64,000 nt of DNA from an uncultured Candidatus Saccharibacteria bacterium (lineage in GTDB: Bacteria; Patescibacteriota; Doudnabacteria; UBA920), in NCBI GenBank assembly GCA_964512925.1, contig CAZEKH010000002.1:57831-121830 (forward strand), written 5' to 3'. Below, one piece after another: positions 38,600 to 48,721 of the stretch. A model generated the notes under the pieces. That model was not told where the DNA came from. It saw only the letters and a program-made list of their open reading frames with translations, and did not search any database. The number at the start of each line of letters is the position of its first letter. Position 1 is the first letter of the stretch. The position numbers were made by a program, and so were the translations under genes.

Positions 38600-38790
38600 C
38601 AATCCAAATGCCTAAACCTGTCGGAATAATTTCGGCAGGCATGGCATAAATCCATCCAAGGTATAGAACCCGTCGTCAGGGATCCTTGGATGGTCGTGTG
38701 GGGAAACTCATGCGTTGAGGCCGAAAGGTCTCTACTCTTGGCGGCGGGCTTTATGCAAAACGATCCCTATTCCAAGAGTAGTTTTTTTGT
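38600..38790 (+). ncRNA. Candidate structured RNA (pseudoknot, two GAAA-capped hairpins, alternative terminator)
   Basis: Several helices with G-U pairs on the plus strand; no ORF. Confidence 0.5.
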
Positions 38791-38907
38791 TATGCACAGT
38801 CTGGCATTGACCGGACTATTGCAAAGAATTTGTGTGCGGTGATATAATAAATTTAACAACTGAATAATTTATGCCTCAAGGGGCATCCTGAAAGGTATTC
38901 CGAGTTT

Positions 38908-38963
38908 AAGAGCTCGCGATCCGTTATCACTTTTTGTGATTGCAGATCGCGAGCTCTTTTTGT
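38908..38963 (+). terminator. Long hairpin plus T-tract in the leader of the MTase/packaging operon
   Basis: AAGAGCTCGCGATC...GATCGCGAGCTCTT followed by a T run. Confidence 0.6.
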
Positions 38964-39095
38964 TTTCAGTTGTTGTCAGCTCTCTGATACCCTCGATGGT
39001 CGACATCCGCAATCTGTAATCGACCTCACACTGCCTGGTGCTCACGGGTACTGGGTATATAAAAAACATACAGAGGATGCGCGGGTGTCAGAGAT

Positions 39096-40133
39096 TTGAA
39101 TCAAAAAATAATTATGTTTTCCAAATTCCAATCATTACCAAGTTACTTCGGCGGCAAGCGAAAGCTGGTCAAATATATTTTTAAGCCAATCAAAAAGACT
39201 GATGGAATTTTTATTGACGCATTTCTCGGTGGCGGATCAGTCAGCCTCTATGCCAAGGCCAAAGGATACAAAGTCATCGCCAACGATATTGCATTCCGGT
39301 CCCTCATTATCGGCAAGGCCATCATCGCCAACAACAGCGTGAAGCTCACAACCGAGGACTTAGCGAGACTGTTCGTGGAAACCAAGCATGATGGATTTAT
39401 AAAAAAGAATTACTGCCCGAAAGTATTCACCACCAAGATCGCAGAATTTCTCGACAATGCGGTGGTAGCCGCCAGACAGGTGGAAAACGAAACCAAACGA
39501 TATCTCCTCCTGCACCTTTTAATAAAATTTATTCTGTCCTGTCGACAATTCGGAAAATTTACACACACCCGGGACACGCTGGACTTGGAAGCCCGAAAAT
39601 GGGAGTGGCCGCTACGGTCCAAGTCTCATGCCCCTAAGAATCTCCGGATGATCCAAAACCCGATGATGACTCTGGAAAAATTAAAAGACGAGGTCAATCA
39701 TGGCATCTTTGATAACCATCAAGACAATGAAATACACCAAAAAGACGTGTTCGATTTCCTCAAGAACGTGGCTGGTGATGTTATTTATTTTGATCCTCCT
39801 TATCCTGGCTCTTCTGCCTACGAAGTTGAGTACGGCATTTTAGATAACCTCTTGGCCGGTAAAAAGCTCGATAACAAGCCGAGCGGATTCTCTAACAAGG
39901 ACGCTGACGAATTTCTGGAAAGATTGTTTGAATCGGCAAAACATATCCCTCAATGGGTCATCTCGCTCGGTCAAAACAAAGAGGACATCGGCGTGAAGCC
40001 GGAAAAATTATTGGCAATGGTGCAGAAACACCGGAAAGCCGAAGTGATCATGCTTGATCACAAATGGTCGGTGTCGAACGCCGGCGGCCGCAACCAGAGC
40101 AATAACATTGAGTACATGATTGTAACCTTATGA
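39096..40133 (+). CDS. DNA adenine methyltransferase (D12/Dam-like)
   Basis: YFGGKRK, DAFLGGG, ND and YFDPPY motifs; alternative start at 39114. Confidence 0.9.
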   Translation: MNQKIIMFSKFQSLPSYFGGKRKLVKYIFKPIKKTDGIFIDAFLGGGSVSLYAKAKGYKVIANDIAFRSLIIGKAIIANNSVKLTTEDLARLFVETKHDGFIKKNYCPKVFTTKIAEFLDNAVVAARQVENETKRYLLLHLLIKFILSCRQFGKFTHTRDTLDLEARKWEWPLRSKSHAPKNLRMIQNPMMTLEKLKDEVNHGIFDNHQDNEIHQKDVFDFLKNVAGDVIYFDPPYPGSSAYEVEYGILDNLLAGKKLDNKPSGFSNKDADEFLERLFESAKHIPQWVISLGQNKEDIGVKPEKLLAMVQKHRKAEVIMLDHKWSVSNAGGRNQSNNIEYMIVTL

Positions 40134-40924
40134 CAAAAGAAAAAACACAAATCAAGACGGTGAAAATAAAGGAATGCGTTCCGAACTCTTGGAATCCCAA
40201 CGAGATGAACGCACGCCAGTATGCATCGCTGAAAAAAGCAATCACGAAATTCGGACAAACGAAACCGATCCAAGTCGGTGTCTGGCCGAATATGAAAGTC
40301 AAAGACGGCTACGTGATCGTCGGCGGTTTCCACACATGGAAAGTGCTCGGTGAACTTGGCAATACCGAGATCGAAGCGAACGTCCACGATTTCAAAAACG
40401 AGAACGAAGCTAAACTCTACGGACTGACCGACAACATTCATGGGTCCAACCAGCAACTCAAGCTCGGCAAGCTCGCCTTTGAACTGACCCAAAACGGCTA
40501 TTCGATAAAAGAGATTGCTTCAAACCTCGGCGAGGAGGACGTGAATGTGAAAGATGCTCTTGATCTGGTAAAAGACGAGATAGAAAAGAAAATGGTCGAG
40601 CTTAAGAAAGCCGAGCGTGAGAACTTTGTCGCTTTGAACTTCATCGTCGACAAAGACCCCAAAGAAGCCGCCGATGAATTTATAAAAGCAGTTACCGATT
40701 TTGCAAAGACGAAAGGCGTAAAGGTCGGCAAGGTGAGCAAAGACATCAATGCCCACCGAGAGACCATTGCGCTTATAAGCTTTAACGTTACCAATCCGCA
40801 GAAAACAGTCATTGACGAAGCGTTGGCCGAGGTCGCCAAAGCCGAGGGTGTGAGCGAGAGCAAAGCACTGGAAATCATCTGTTCAGAGCGCATTGCGGAA
40901 ATAAACGGCAATAAACGGAAATAA
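40130..40924 (+). CDS. ParB/Srx-like N-terminal domain protein
   Basis: PNSWNPN, FGQTKPI and IVGGFH.W motifs. Confidence 0.8.
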   Translation: MTKEKTQIKTVKIKECVPNSWNPNEMNARQYASLKKAITKFGQTKPIQVGVWPNMKVKDGYVIVGGFHTWKVLGELGNTEIEANVHDFKNENEAKLYGLTDNIHGSNQQLKLGKLAFELTQNGYSIKEIASNLGEEDVNVKDALDLVKDEIEKKMVELKKAERENFVALNFIVDKDPKEAADEFIKAVTDFAKTKGVKVGKVSKDINAHRETIALISFNVTNPQKTVIDEALAEVAKAEGVSESKALEIICSERIAEINGNKRK

Positions 40925-40925
40925 A

Positions 40926-41351
40926 ATGGCCAAGAATGTCGACATACAAAATCAAAAGTATCAGGAAGCGATTAGCCTCAAATACAGCGGCGAGTCGTAT
41001 ATCGTCATTGCCAAAAAGCTCAAGACGCCGCTCTCAACCGTGCAGAAGTGGTTCATGTTCGGCGGACTGCTCAAAGAGGAATACGACAAATTCCGTGACG
41101 AGCAGAATGAGATTAAGAAAGCAGATGCCCAAGAGATACTCCGAAAGAACCTCGCCGTTGCGGCGAGCATGATGATCGCCCTTATGGGCAGTTCCGATGA
41201 CAATGTTAAATTTCGTGCCGCCAAAGAAGTCCTCGACCGAGAACTTGGGAGTCCGAAAGAAACGGTCGAACATCGGGGATTATTTGGATCAGACCTAAGC
41301 TATGAACAAATCCTCCGCAAATCAAGAGAAAAACCCCCTCCAGATGGTTAA
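40926..41351 (+). CDS. Probable terminase small subunit
   Basis: HTH N-terminus and AAKEVLDR motif; directly upstream of TerL. Confidence 0.75.
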   Translation: MAKNVDIQNQKYQEAISLKYSGESYIVIAKKLKTPLSTVQKWFMFGGLLKEEYDKFRDEQNEIKKADAQEILRKNLAVAASMMIALMGSSDDNVKFRAAKEVLDRELGSPKETVEHRGLFGSDLSYEQILRKSREKPPPDG

Positions 41352-42951
41352 CGAACTCACGGAAGTGATGAGGATTTGCGATGCTGATCCGCAAGAATTC
41401 ATCCAGAACTGCTTATCAATTAAAACCAAGAATCAGCAAACTGTTCTTTTACACCTGAATACCGCTCAATCCATGATCTACAACCGGATCAAGAAACTGC
41501 GAGCGCTGGGTAAGCCGATAAGAATGCTAATCCTCAAAGCCAGACAGGAGGGAGTCTCAACACTGTGCGAAGGACTGATATTCGAAAGGACTGCACGGTT
41601 TGAGAACACCAACTCACTGATCGTTGCCCACGAACCCGAATCAACCGATGCAATCTTTGCCATGAGTAAGCTGTTCTACGACATGCTTCCCCTGTGGGCG
41701 AAGCCAATGCGACGGTACGACAACAAAAAGCAGATGGTGTTCGAGAATCCCGAGGAAAAGACGAGAAGCGCAGACCCCGGACTGCGATCCCGAATGGTGA
41801 TCGCAACAGCAGACAAAGTGAAAGTCGGTAGAGGTTTAACCCTCCACAACTTCCACGGCTCGGAGGTGGCCTTCTGGAAAAATGCCAAAGACCTCATGCT
41901 CTCCGTCCTGCAAGCAATCCCGAACCTGCCAAATACCAGCGTCTTCCTTGAATCAACTGCCAATGGCTTCGGGGGTGACGGCGAATATTTCTACCGAACA
42001 GTGCAAGACTCACTGGCCGGCAAGAACGAATTTGAGCTTATATTCCTGCCGTGGCACCTGATGCCCGAATACAGCACGGACTTCGGAAGCGATAAAGAAA
42101 AAATAAAGTTTTCTGAATCACTGGACGAATACGAACGGGATCTCAAAGCGAACGCAAAATTGACCCTTGAACAGCTTAACTGGAGACGCTGGGCGATCCA
42201 CAACCTCTGCGGCGGCGACGTCGACAAGTTCAAACAGGAATACCCAGCCACCATCGAGGAAGCGTTCGTCGCATCAAGCAAAGCAGTTATCCCGAAGCAG
42301 TACATCGAAGCCCAGAGTAAATTCACAAGGCAACCTATACGAAAGCTTGATGACATCCTGATTTATGAGGAACCCAACCTCCGACACTTCTACAGCCTGG
42401 GTGCAGACCCAAGCGAAGGGATCGGACAGGATGACTCGGCGATCACCGTAATCGACAAGATGACCGGACGTGAAGTCGGAAGTTACGTAGGACAGATACA
42501 GCCAGACCTGTTTGCCAAGAAAATAAAACAGACTGCTGAACTGTTCAACGATGCACTGGCAGTGATCGAAATAAACAATCATGGGCTGGCGGTTATAAAC
42601 GCACTGAAAGCCGAATATGGAAACATCTACCAACGAACCATCTTCGACAAGGTCACCAACACCAAGAGAAAAGAACTGGGATGGAAAACAAGCCAGACCA
42701 CCAAACCTCTCATGGTCGATGACTTCATTGCCGGATTGCGTGACGAGGAAATCGGACTGTCGAGCCAAGGCACGGTAAGCCAGATGATGACCTTCGTACA
42801 CACAAGCGAAAGCAACCGGTACGGCATGGGTGCGGAAACAGGACAAAAAGACGACTGCCTTATCTCGGCAATGCTCGCATGGCAAGGACTGAAAGAACTG
42901 CCAAGCGCAATGCCGAAACCAACGAAAGGTCGATCAATAAAACTTTACTAA
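41302..42951 (+). CDS. Terminase large subunit
   Basis: LKARQEGVST, SEVAFW, ESTANG, GADPSEG and DDC motifs; true start may be 41344. Confidence 0.93.
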   Translation: MNKSSANQEKNPLQMVNELTEVMRICDADPQEFIQNCLSIKTKNQQTVLLHLNTAQSMIYNRIKKLRALGKPIRMLILKARQEGVSTLCEGLIFERTARFENTNSLIVAHEPESTDAIFAMSKLFYDMLPLWAKPMRRYDNKKQMVFENPEEKTRSADPGLRSRMVIATADKVKVGRGLTLHNFHGSEVAFWKNAKDLMLSVLQAIPNLPNTSVFLESTANGFGGDGEYFYRTVQDSLAGKNEFELIFLPWHLMPEYSTDFGSDKEKIKFSESLDEYERDLKANAKLTLEQLNWRRWAIHNLCGGDVDKFKQEYPATIEEAFVASSKAVIPKQYIEAQSKFTRQPIRKLDDILIYEEPNLRHFYSLGADPSEGIGQDDSAITVIDKMTGREVGSYVGQIQPDLFAKKIKQTAELFNDALAVIEINNHGLAVINALKAEYGNIYQRTIFDKVTNTKRKELGWKTSQTTKPLMVDDFIAGLRDEEIGLSSQGTVSQMMTFVHTSESNRYGMGAETGQKDDCLISAMLAWQGLKELPSAMPKPTKGRSIKLY

Positions 42952-42952
42952 T

Positions 42953-44860
42953 ATGGCTGACACCAAAAAACTACAAAAATATAATACCGAGTACGATGAA
43001 GCGAAAAAGAACTTCATGTACTACTACAAGCCAGAATTTGACCGGGCGTACAAACTGTTTGCGTCCTACAACGGCGATCGTGCCGTAGAACTCGAACAGA
43101 CGACAGACGGTGAAGTGTGGCAATCCAACGTCTTCATTCCCCAAGTTTTTGCATACATCAAAACCTTTTTACAAAAGACGGTCGGCATCACCCCGGACTT
43201 TAAGCTCGAGGGCAAGAACAGTGAAGCCGTCAAAGACCTTGTCCTCTGGCTCTGGGAAATTGGCATGAGTGACGACCTGATCGACTACTTCCTGCAAGTT
43301 TTCATCTGCGGAACGACCATTGGCAAAGATTTCCTGAAAAAAGAATCAAAGAAAAAGAGACAGTCGGAAATAAACATAATCGACAAGATCAAGAAGCTCG
43401 TCTTCAAGACCGCAACATCCAAGATCGTCTTCAGACCAGACTTTGACCCTGTGGACATTTACAACTTCTATCCGCATACGAGGATGAAAAAGATATCCGA
43501 TCCGTTCCCGGTATTCCACCGATACGTGCTGACCTTAGATGAAATGAAAGCCCAATATCCCGATGTGCCTGCCAGTATGTGGAATCAATTTGTGGACAAG
43601 GAAGGCGAAGTCATCAAGTCCGGCGGTGATACCACTGACTATGCCTACGTGAGAAAAGAAGTCCTGATCCAACTGCGAAAGAATATCCGAGAGACAACCA
43701 AAGCCTCCACGCCGATCCAGGGCAACCCAAACAATCCGGTCCAACTGCCGACCCCGAGCGACAAACTCTTTGAGGTCGTTGAGCGGTGGACTGACGACAC
43801 CTTCACCGTATTTTTGCCGATGGAAGGGACACCGATAGAAATTAAAGACAGCGACAATCCATACGACCACCAGTCCAAACCATACTCACGAACCGGATTC
43901 TTCCCAAGGCCATTCTCGTTCTACTGGCTCGGTATTCCGAAGCTCGTTGACCACCTGCAAGAACTTTTGAACTCCGTAACCAACCAGAGAGTCGATGCCG
44001 TAACCATGAAAATTCACAGCATGATTGCGGCCGCACCAGTGGCTCTCCCCGGATACAAACAATCAAGCATCACCGTAAGACCACTTGGAATCCTGTGGAC
44101 GAATGACCCGAACTCAGTAAAAGAGCTTAAATTCGGAGATGTGAACTCCTCTGCGTTTATCGAACCTGATCACATCAAGGAAGCCATGAGGATTGCAGTC
44201 GGTATCGATGAATACACCACGACGGCCGGTGCAGACCAAAAACAGACAGCCACCGTTGCGTCGTTCATGCGAGAGGCAACGCTCGAGGGAGTAAAGCTAT
44301 TCCTGATCATGCTTCGCAATTCCTACGTGATGCACTTTGAACACTGGATCGGCATGATGAAGCAGTTCTGGACGACTAAGTCTGTAATGCCGGACAAGGC
44401 AGTCGCAATCCTGATGCGACATGGACTTATAAACGATGCCACCGAAAAGATTGACGGGGTGTTCGACAATGACTACGAAATGTCCCTCGAATCCACATCG
44501 AGTCTTGCCACCTCCACTGAACTCCGTAAATCAAAAGACTTGGAACTCTGGGGACTCATCAAAGACGTGAATGAACTGACCGATCCGGAAACCGGAACAG
44601 TGTACTCGATAAAGAAATTCAAGATTTTAACGAAGCTCTTTGAGGACTACGGCTGGGAACCAACCAACTACGTTGCCGAAAACAAACCTGCACCAGTAGT
44701 ACCGAATCCTACCGACCAAACACCGCCGAGCCCCGGAGAAATGCCGATAGCCCCCGGTGATGCACCTGCCATCGACCCGAACGAAGGATCAATGCCTGCC
44801 AAAGAACCACTGCCGGGAAATAAAATGGGTGCGATTTTCGGCGGTGCCATGAAGCAATAA
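42953..44860 (+). CDS. Portal protein
   Basis: 635 aa following TerL; TATxA motif; Pro-rich tail. Confidence 0.8.
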   Translation: MADTKKLQKYNTEYDEAKKNFMYYYKPEFDRAYKLFASYNGDRAVELEQTTDGEVWQSNVFIPQVFAYIKTFLQKTVGITPDFKLEGKNSEAVKDLVLWLWEIGMSDDLIDYFLQVFICGTTIGKDFLKKESKKKRQSEINIIDKIKKLVFKTATSKIVFRPDFDPVDIYNFYPHTRMKKISDPFPVFHRYVLTLDEMKAQYPDVPASMWNQFVDKEGEVIKSGGDTTDYAYVRKEVLIQLRKNIRETTKASTPIQGNPNNPVQLPTPSDKLFEVVERWTDDTFTVFLPMEGTPIEIKDSDNPYDHQSKPYSRTGFFPRPFSFYWLGIPKLVDHLQELLNSVTNQRVDAVTMKIHSMIAAAPVALPGYKQSSITVRPLGILWTNDPNSVKELKFGDVNSSAFIEPDHIKEAMRIAVGIDEYTTTAGADQKQTATVASFMREATLEGVKLFLIMLRNSYVMHFEHWIGMMKQFWTTKSVMPDKAVAILMRHGLINDATEKIDGVFDNDYEMSLESTSSLATSTELRKSKDLELWGLIKDVNELTDPETGTVYSIKKFKILTKLFEDYGWEPTNYVAENKPAPVVPNPTDQTPPSPGEMPIAPGDAPAIDPNEGSMPAKEPLPGNKMGAIFGGAMKQ

Positions 44861-44864
44861 ATCT

Positions 44865-45104
44865 ATGAAAGACACATTCAACAAAGAAACCGAGGAAACC
44901 ATAAGCAATCTTTATGAGACAAAGTATTTTAATGCGTTGTCCGAACTTGTTGCCAATGAACTGGAAGTCACCAAGACATGGCTACTCAACAAAGGACTCT
45001 CGGCAGATGAGATCAGATTTTATCAAGGTCGAGCCGAGGGCTTGGGAGTAATCCTGCTTCGGATAAAAACCATTCACGATGACCATATGAAAGCACCAAC
45101 ATAA
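44865..45104 (+). CDS. Small phage protein downstream of portal
   Basis: 79 aa with a YQGRAEGL motif. Confidence 0.7.
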   Translation: MKDTFNKETEETISNLYETKYFNALSELVANELEVTKTWLLNKGLSADEIRFYQGRAEGLGVILLRIKTIHDDHMKAPT

Positions 45105-45304
45105 ACAACTGCAACTCAAGGAAATCGCCAAAATTTTGAGAGGTTCAGCTGGCCTCTTAAGATGGGATTTCTGGCGATTTCCACATCTTGAGAAGCCAAC
45201 CGAGCCTCCGCAAAGGGGCTCGGTTTATTAATACAGCGGACACCAAAGTAGGTCTCTCGTGAGGTCAGACCGAAAAATGGAGCAATCCGTTGCAATAAAA
45301 GCCT

Positions 45305-46165
45305 ATGGAAAAACCAAACAATTCCGGCGCCGATCCGAACGCAAAGCCAGAGACTCCGTCTTTTGACGATGCGGTCGGTAAGGAACAACCGGTCAATTCC
45401 GTTCCGTCGGGCACTCCGAGCGGAGACCAACCTGACAAGAAACCAGACGCCAAAGGTGACAAGCCTGCGGATCAATCTGGCGGCACACCCAACGATAAGG
45501 GTGGAAGTCCCGAGGGTAAAGACAAAAAGCCCGAGGGCGACAAAACCTTCTGGGGCAAGTTCAAGAGTGAGGATGATGCGAAGCACTCCTATGACGAAGC
45601 CCAGACCAAGATCATCGAGCAAGGCAAAGAGATCAACGATCTCAAAACTGCCGCCGAGAAAAACGACCAGTTTCTCTCGATACTCGACAAGGCATTGGTC
45701 AAGAATCCGCAACTGGCCGAACAGCTGAAAGCGAGTCTCGCTGAAGCCATGAAAGCCGGCGATGCAGAGCCGAAGGATACGCCCGATATCGAAGCCATCC
45801 TCGATAAGAAACTTGAGGAGCGAGAGACAAAGGCAAAGACGAAAGCAGAGATCGACAAATGGATCGGTGAACACGAGGACTTCAAGGAACCGGAGATCGG
45901 CCACCAAGTACTCGATATCATCGAAAAAGAAAAGCTTCCGTTCAATGCCCGAACCCTGCAACTTGCTTACGATTCCATCACCAAGGATTCGCAAGCCAAG
46001 AAAGCGGCAGACGAAGCTCTCAAGAAAGAGGAGGTGAAAAATCTCGAGCGAGAGAACGCATCCGGTGTCGGCGGTGGCACGCCAGCCACCAAAGGCGACA
46101 CGCCACAAGAGAATCCGTTCGATGATCTTGTGGGATCAAGTATCAACCCAAATAAAGTTCGGTAA
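45305..46165 (+). CDS. Probable capsid scaffolding protein
   Basis: Acidic, low-complexity, coiled-coil ORF directly before the capsid gene. Confidence 0.7.
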   Translation: MEKPNNSGADPNAKPETPSFDDAVGKEQPVNSVPSGTPSGDQPDKKPDAKGDKPADQSGGTPNDKGGSPEGKDKKPEGDKTFWGKFKSEDDAKHSYDEAQTKIIEQGKEINDLKTAAEKNDQFLSILDKALVKNPQLAEQLKASLAEAMKAGDAEPKDTPDIEAILDKKLEERETKAKTKAEIDKWIGEHEDFKEPEIGHQVLDIIEKEKLPFNARTLQLAYDSITKDSQAKKAADEALKKEEVKNLERENASGVGGGTPATKGDTPQENPFDDLVGSSINPNKVR

Positions 46166-46225
46166 CGCTTATAAGATTTGAGGTCTCGTGAGCGGCTACT
46201 GAATCTTAAATAAAAAAAACAACCT

Positions 46226-47449
46226 ATGCCTGAACCAACTCACATCCAAGGCACGAGAACTACGCTGAATATTGAAACCAGCCAGCGCATTCCCGATGTC
46301 GAGGATAAAATTTTCCTCCTTGAACCAGGCGATTCACCGCTCACTGCCTTTTTGACCCAAATCGGAAAGGTTGCGGATGGTGGCGGCAAGTTCAAGGGCA
46401 TGGCTCTCCAAAAAAGAGTCGTGTACAACCCGGAGTTCACTGAATACGAGGATCAGTACTCCGGAGTCTGGGCTCGGATCAACAACGGCGGCGGATATCT
46501 ATCCTCTGCCACTGATCTGGTCGTAGACAGTCCCGGCGCATCGATCTTCACTAAGTACGATCTGATCAAAAACAGCCGTACCGGTGAAATCATGCGTGTC
46601 ACCTCGATCAATTACTCCACGAACACCCTCACCGTGACTCGTGGAGCCGGTGCCACTGCGGCGGCCGCCATCAACGATGACGACTGGCTTTTGGTCATCG
46701 GTCCCGCCTTTGAAGAAGGGTCAAAGTCTGGCGATTCCAACACGACCAAGCTCGTGAAAGTCACCAACTACACCCAAATCTTCAAGACGAAGTTCGGCGT
46801 GACCCAAACCGAGAACGCTTCGAAGCTCTACCCGACCGGCAACCCCGGTGCGGACTTGAAGTACCTGCGTGCAAAGCACGGTATCGAACAAGCAAAGAAA
46901 ATCGAACGCGCATATTGGTTCGGTGAAAAGAAAGAAGTCACCGGTCCAGACGGCAAGCCGTTGCGTCTGACTGGAGGCATCTTGGAAGCCATCATCTCTG
47001 CCGGCAACGTGCAGGACGAAGCGGCTTCATCTCTCACCGAAGCGGAATTCCGTTCCTTCTTGCAGAACTACGCATTCAAGTACGGCTCATCCGAGAAGTA
47101 CTTCTTCTGCGGAAACACGGTGCTCGGATATTTGGAAGGGTTTGCAACTTCCAAGATGTACATCGTGCCGACCGACAAGACGTACGGCGTAGAAGTACGC
47201 AAGTTCCAGTCATCGTTCGGAACCTTGAACATCGTGCGTCACCCGATGTTCGACAATCAGTACGCCGGTATGGGAGTCGTGATCGATCTCTCCACACTCA
47301 AGCATTGCCCTCTGAATGGCCGAGACACTTCTCTCGAAACCAACATTCAGGACAACGATGCTGACGAGGAAGTCGATCAGTACAAGTCCGAAGCCGGTTT
47401 GCAGAGAGTTAACTTCGAAAAGAACGCATTGCTCAAAGGCGTTGCCTAA
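46226..47449 (+). CDS. Major capsid protein (DUF5309/SU10-like)
   Basis: NYTQIF, IERA.WFG, TGGI and FGTLNIV.H motifs. Confidence 0.85.
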   Translation: MPEPTHIQGTRTTLNIETSQRIPDVEDKIFLLEPGDSPLTAFLTQIGKVADGGGKFKGMALQKRVVYNPEFTEYEDQYSGVWARINNGGGYLSSATDLVVDSPGASIFTKYDLIKNSRTGEIMRVTSINYSTNTLTVTRGAGATAAAAINDDDWLLVIGPAFEEGSKSGDSNTTKLVKVTNYTQIFKTKFGVTQTENASKLYPTGNPGADLKYLRAKHGIEQAKKIERAYWFGEKKEVTGPDGKPLRLTGGILEAIISAGNVQDEAASSLTEAEFRSFLQNYAFKYGSSEKYFFCGNTVLGYLEGFATSKMYIVPTDKTYGVEVRKFQSSFGTLNIVRHPMFDNQYAGMGVVIDLSTLKHCPLNGRDTSLETNIQDNDADEEVDQYKSEAGLQRVNFEKNALLKGVA

Positions 47450-47548
47450 ACCTAAGGGCTCTGCTCTGACTCGCTGGCCTCCACCCTCGTGGAAGCCAGG
47501 AGTAAGGGCGGAGGCCGATGATTACAAAATAATTCAATTACCACATAT

Positions 47549-47902
47549 ATGGCTAAATATAATTCACACATCAAATCCTTAAAGATCGTCCTCAAACCGG
47601 CAATGCCTGTGTTTGAAGGCGGTCAGAAAGTCGGCGACTCACAAGGCAAGTACGCCCTGTTTGCCGACGGTAAGTTCGAGACACAAGACGAGGAAGTTAT
47701 CGCAAAGCTTGAGTCTCTGTCCACATTCAACGTGGACTTCTGGAAAGTTTCCGATGAACCGGAAAAAACCAAAGAGCCGGAGGTCGGCGGCGATTTGCAG
47801 AAGCACACCAAGAAAGAACTCCAAGCGATGGCCGAGGAAAAAGGCATTCAGCTTGATGGATCAGAGACCAAAGATCGACTGATCGAGCTCTTAGAGCAGT
47901 AG
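47549..47902 (+). CDS. Phage protein with C-terminal HeH/Rho-N-like motif
   Basis: TKKELQAMAEEKGI...KDRLIELL. Confidence 0.7.
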   Translation: MAKYNSHIKSLKIVLKPAMPVFEGGQKVGDSQGKYALFADGKFETQDEEVIAKLESLSTFNVDFWKVSDEPEKTKEPEVGGDLQKHTKKELQAMAEEKGIQLDGSETKDRLIELLEQ

Positions 47903-47936
47903 ACCACATTAAGGTCGATTAATTCCAAAAAATCTT

Positions 47937-48716
47937 ATGCCAATCGTATCTGCTGACTTAAAAGAATATAAATCGTCTGCCGCCAACAGCGACGGTGCTG
48001 ACATTTCTGCGACTGAAGTCGTGGACAACACCGACAACAACCTCTTCACCGATATCACCGGCGATGAAGCGGCGGCCGGTGGCACGGAATACCGAAAAAT
48101 ATTCCGAAAAAATAATCACGGCACTCTGACGTGGCAAAACGTGGTCTCGTGGCTTCAGAGCCAGCCCACCAATGCCGCCCTCTCGTTCGGCTACGGCGTA
48201 AACCATGCCGATGATGCCGACGGTGCTCAAGGAAACATGTCGGCGTTCGGGGCAAATGCCGTTGTTGCTGTCGTTTCCGACGGTGCGGACGTGAGACAAG
48301 TAACGATCGTGGGAGAGGATGCCTCGGGCAACCGCCAGAGCGAAACCCTCACCCTAAACGGCACCACCGAGGTCGTGGGTGCTTTAACTTTCTCCAAACT
48401 TTACGGCGCATCCTTGAACTCTCTGTCTGCATCAAGAACCGTAACCATCCGACAAGGATCAGGAGGGACGACCAGAGGCACCATTGCCCCAAATAAAAAG
48501 ATCAGTTTTATCTGGTACGGCAAAAAGTATTCGGGTGCATCTGCCGTGAATGCCGAGGGCGGTGACATGGCAAGCAAAGCGGCCGGAATGAAAAACGGCG
48601 ACGTTGCCCCTGCCGGAAACTTCGGCCTCTGGTATCGGCTGACATGGCCTGCCGGTGCCGGTGCAGTGACGGCCAACACCACCCAAGTGAAATCCGAGGG
48701 TGATACTGCCGCTTAA
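47937..48716 (+). CDS. Virion structural protein
   Basis: Gly/Ala/Thr-rich; NNLF.DI.G.E...G..EYR motif; located in the structural operon. Confidence 0.65.
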   Translation: MPIVSADLKEYKSSAANSDGADISATEVVDNTDNNLFTDITGDEAAAGGTEYRKIFRKNNHGTLTWQNVVSWLQSQPTNAALSFGYGVNHADDADGAQGNMSAFGANAVVAVVSDGADVRQVTIVGEDASGNRQSETLTLNGTTEVVGALTFSKLYGASLNSLSASRTVTIRQGSGGTTRGTIAPNKKISFIWYGKKYSGASAVNAEGGDMASKAAGMKNGDVAPAGNFGLWYRLTWPAGAGAVTANTTQVKSEGDTAA

Positions 48717-48721
48717 ACTCT

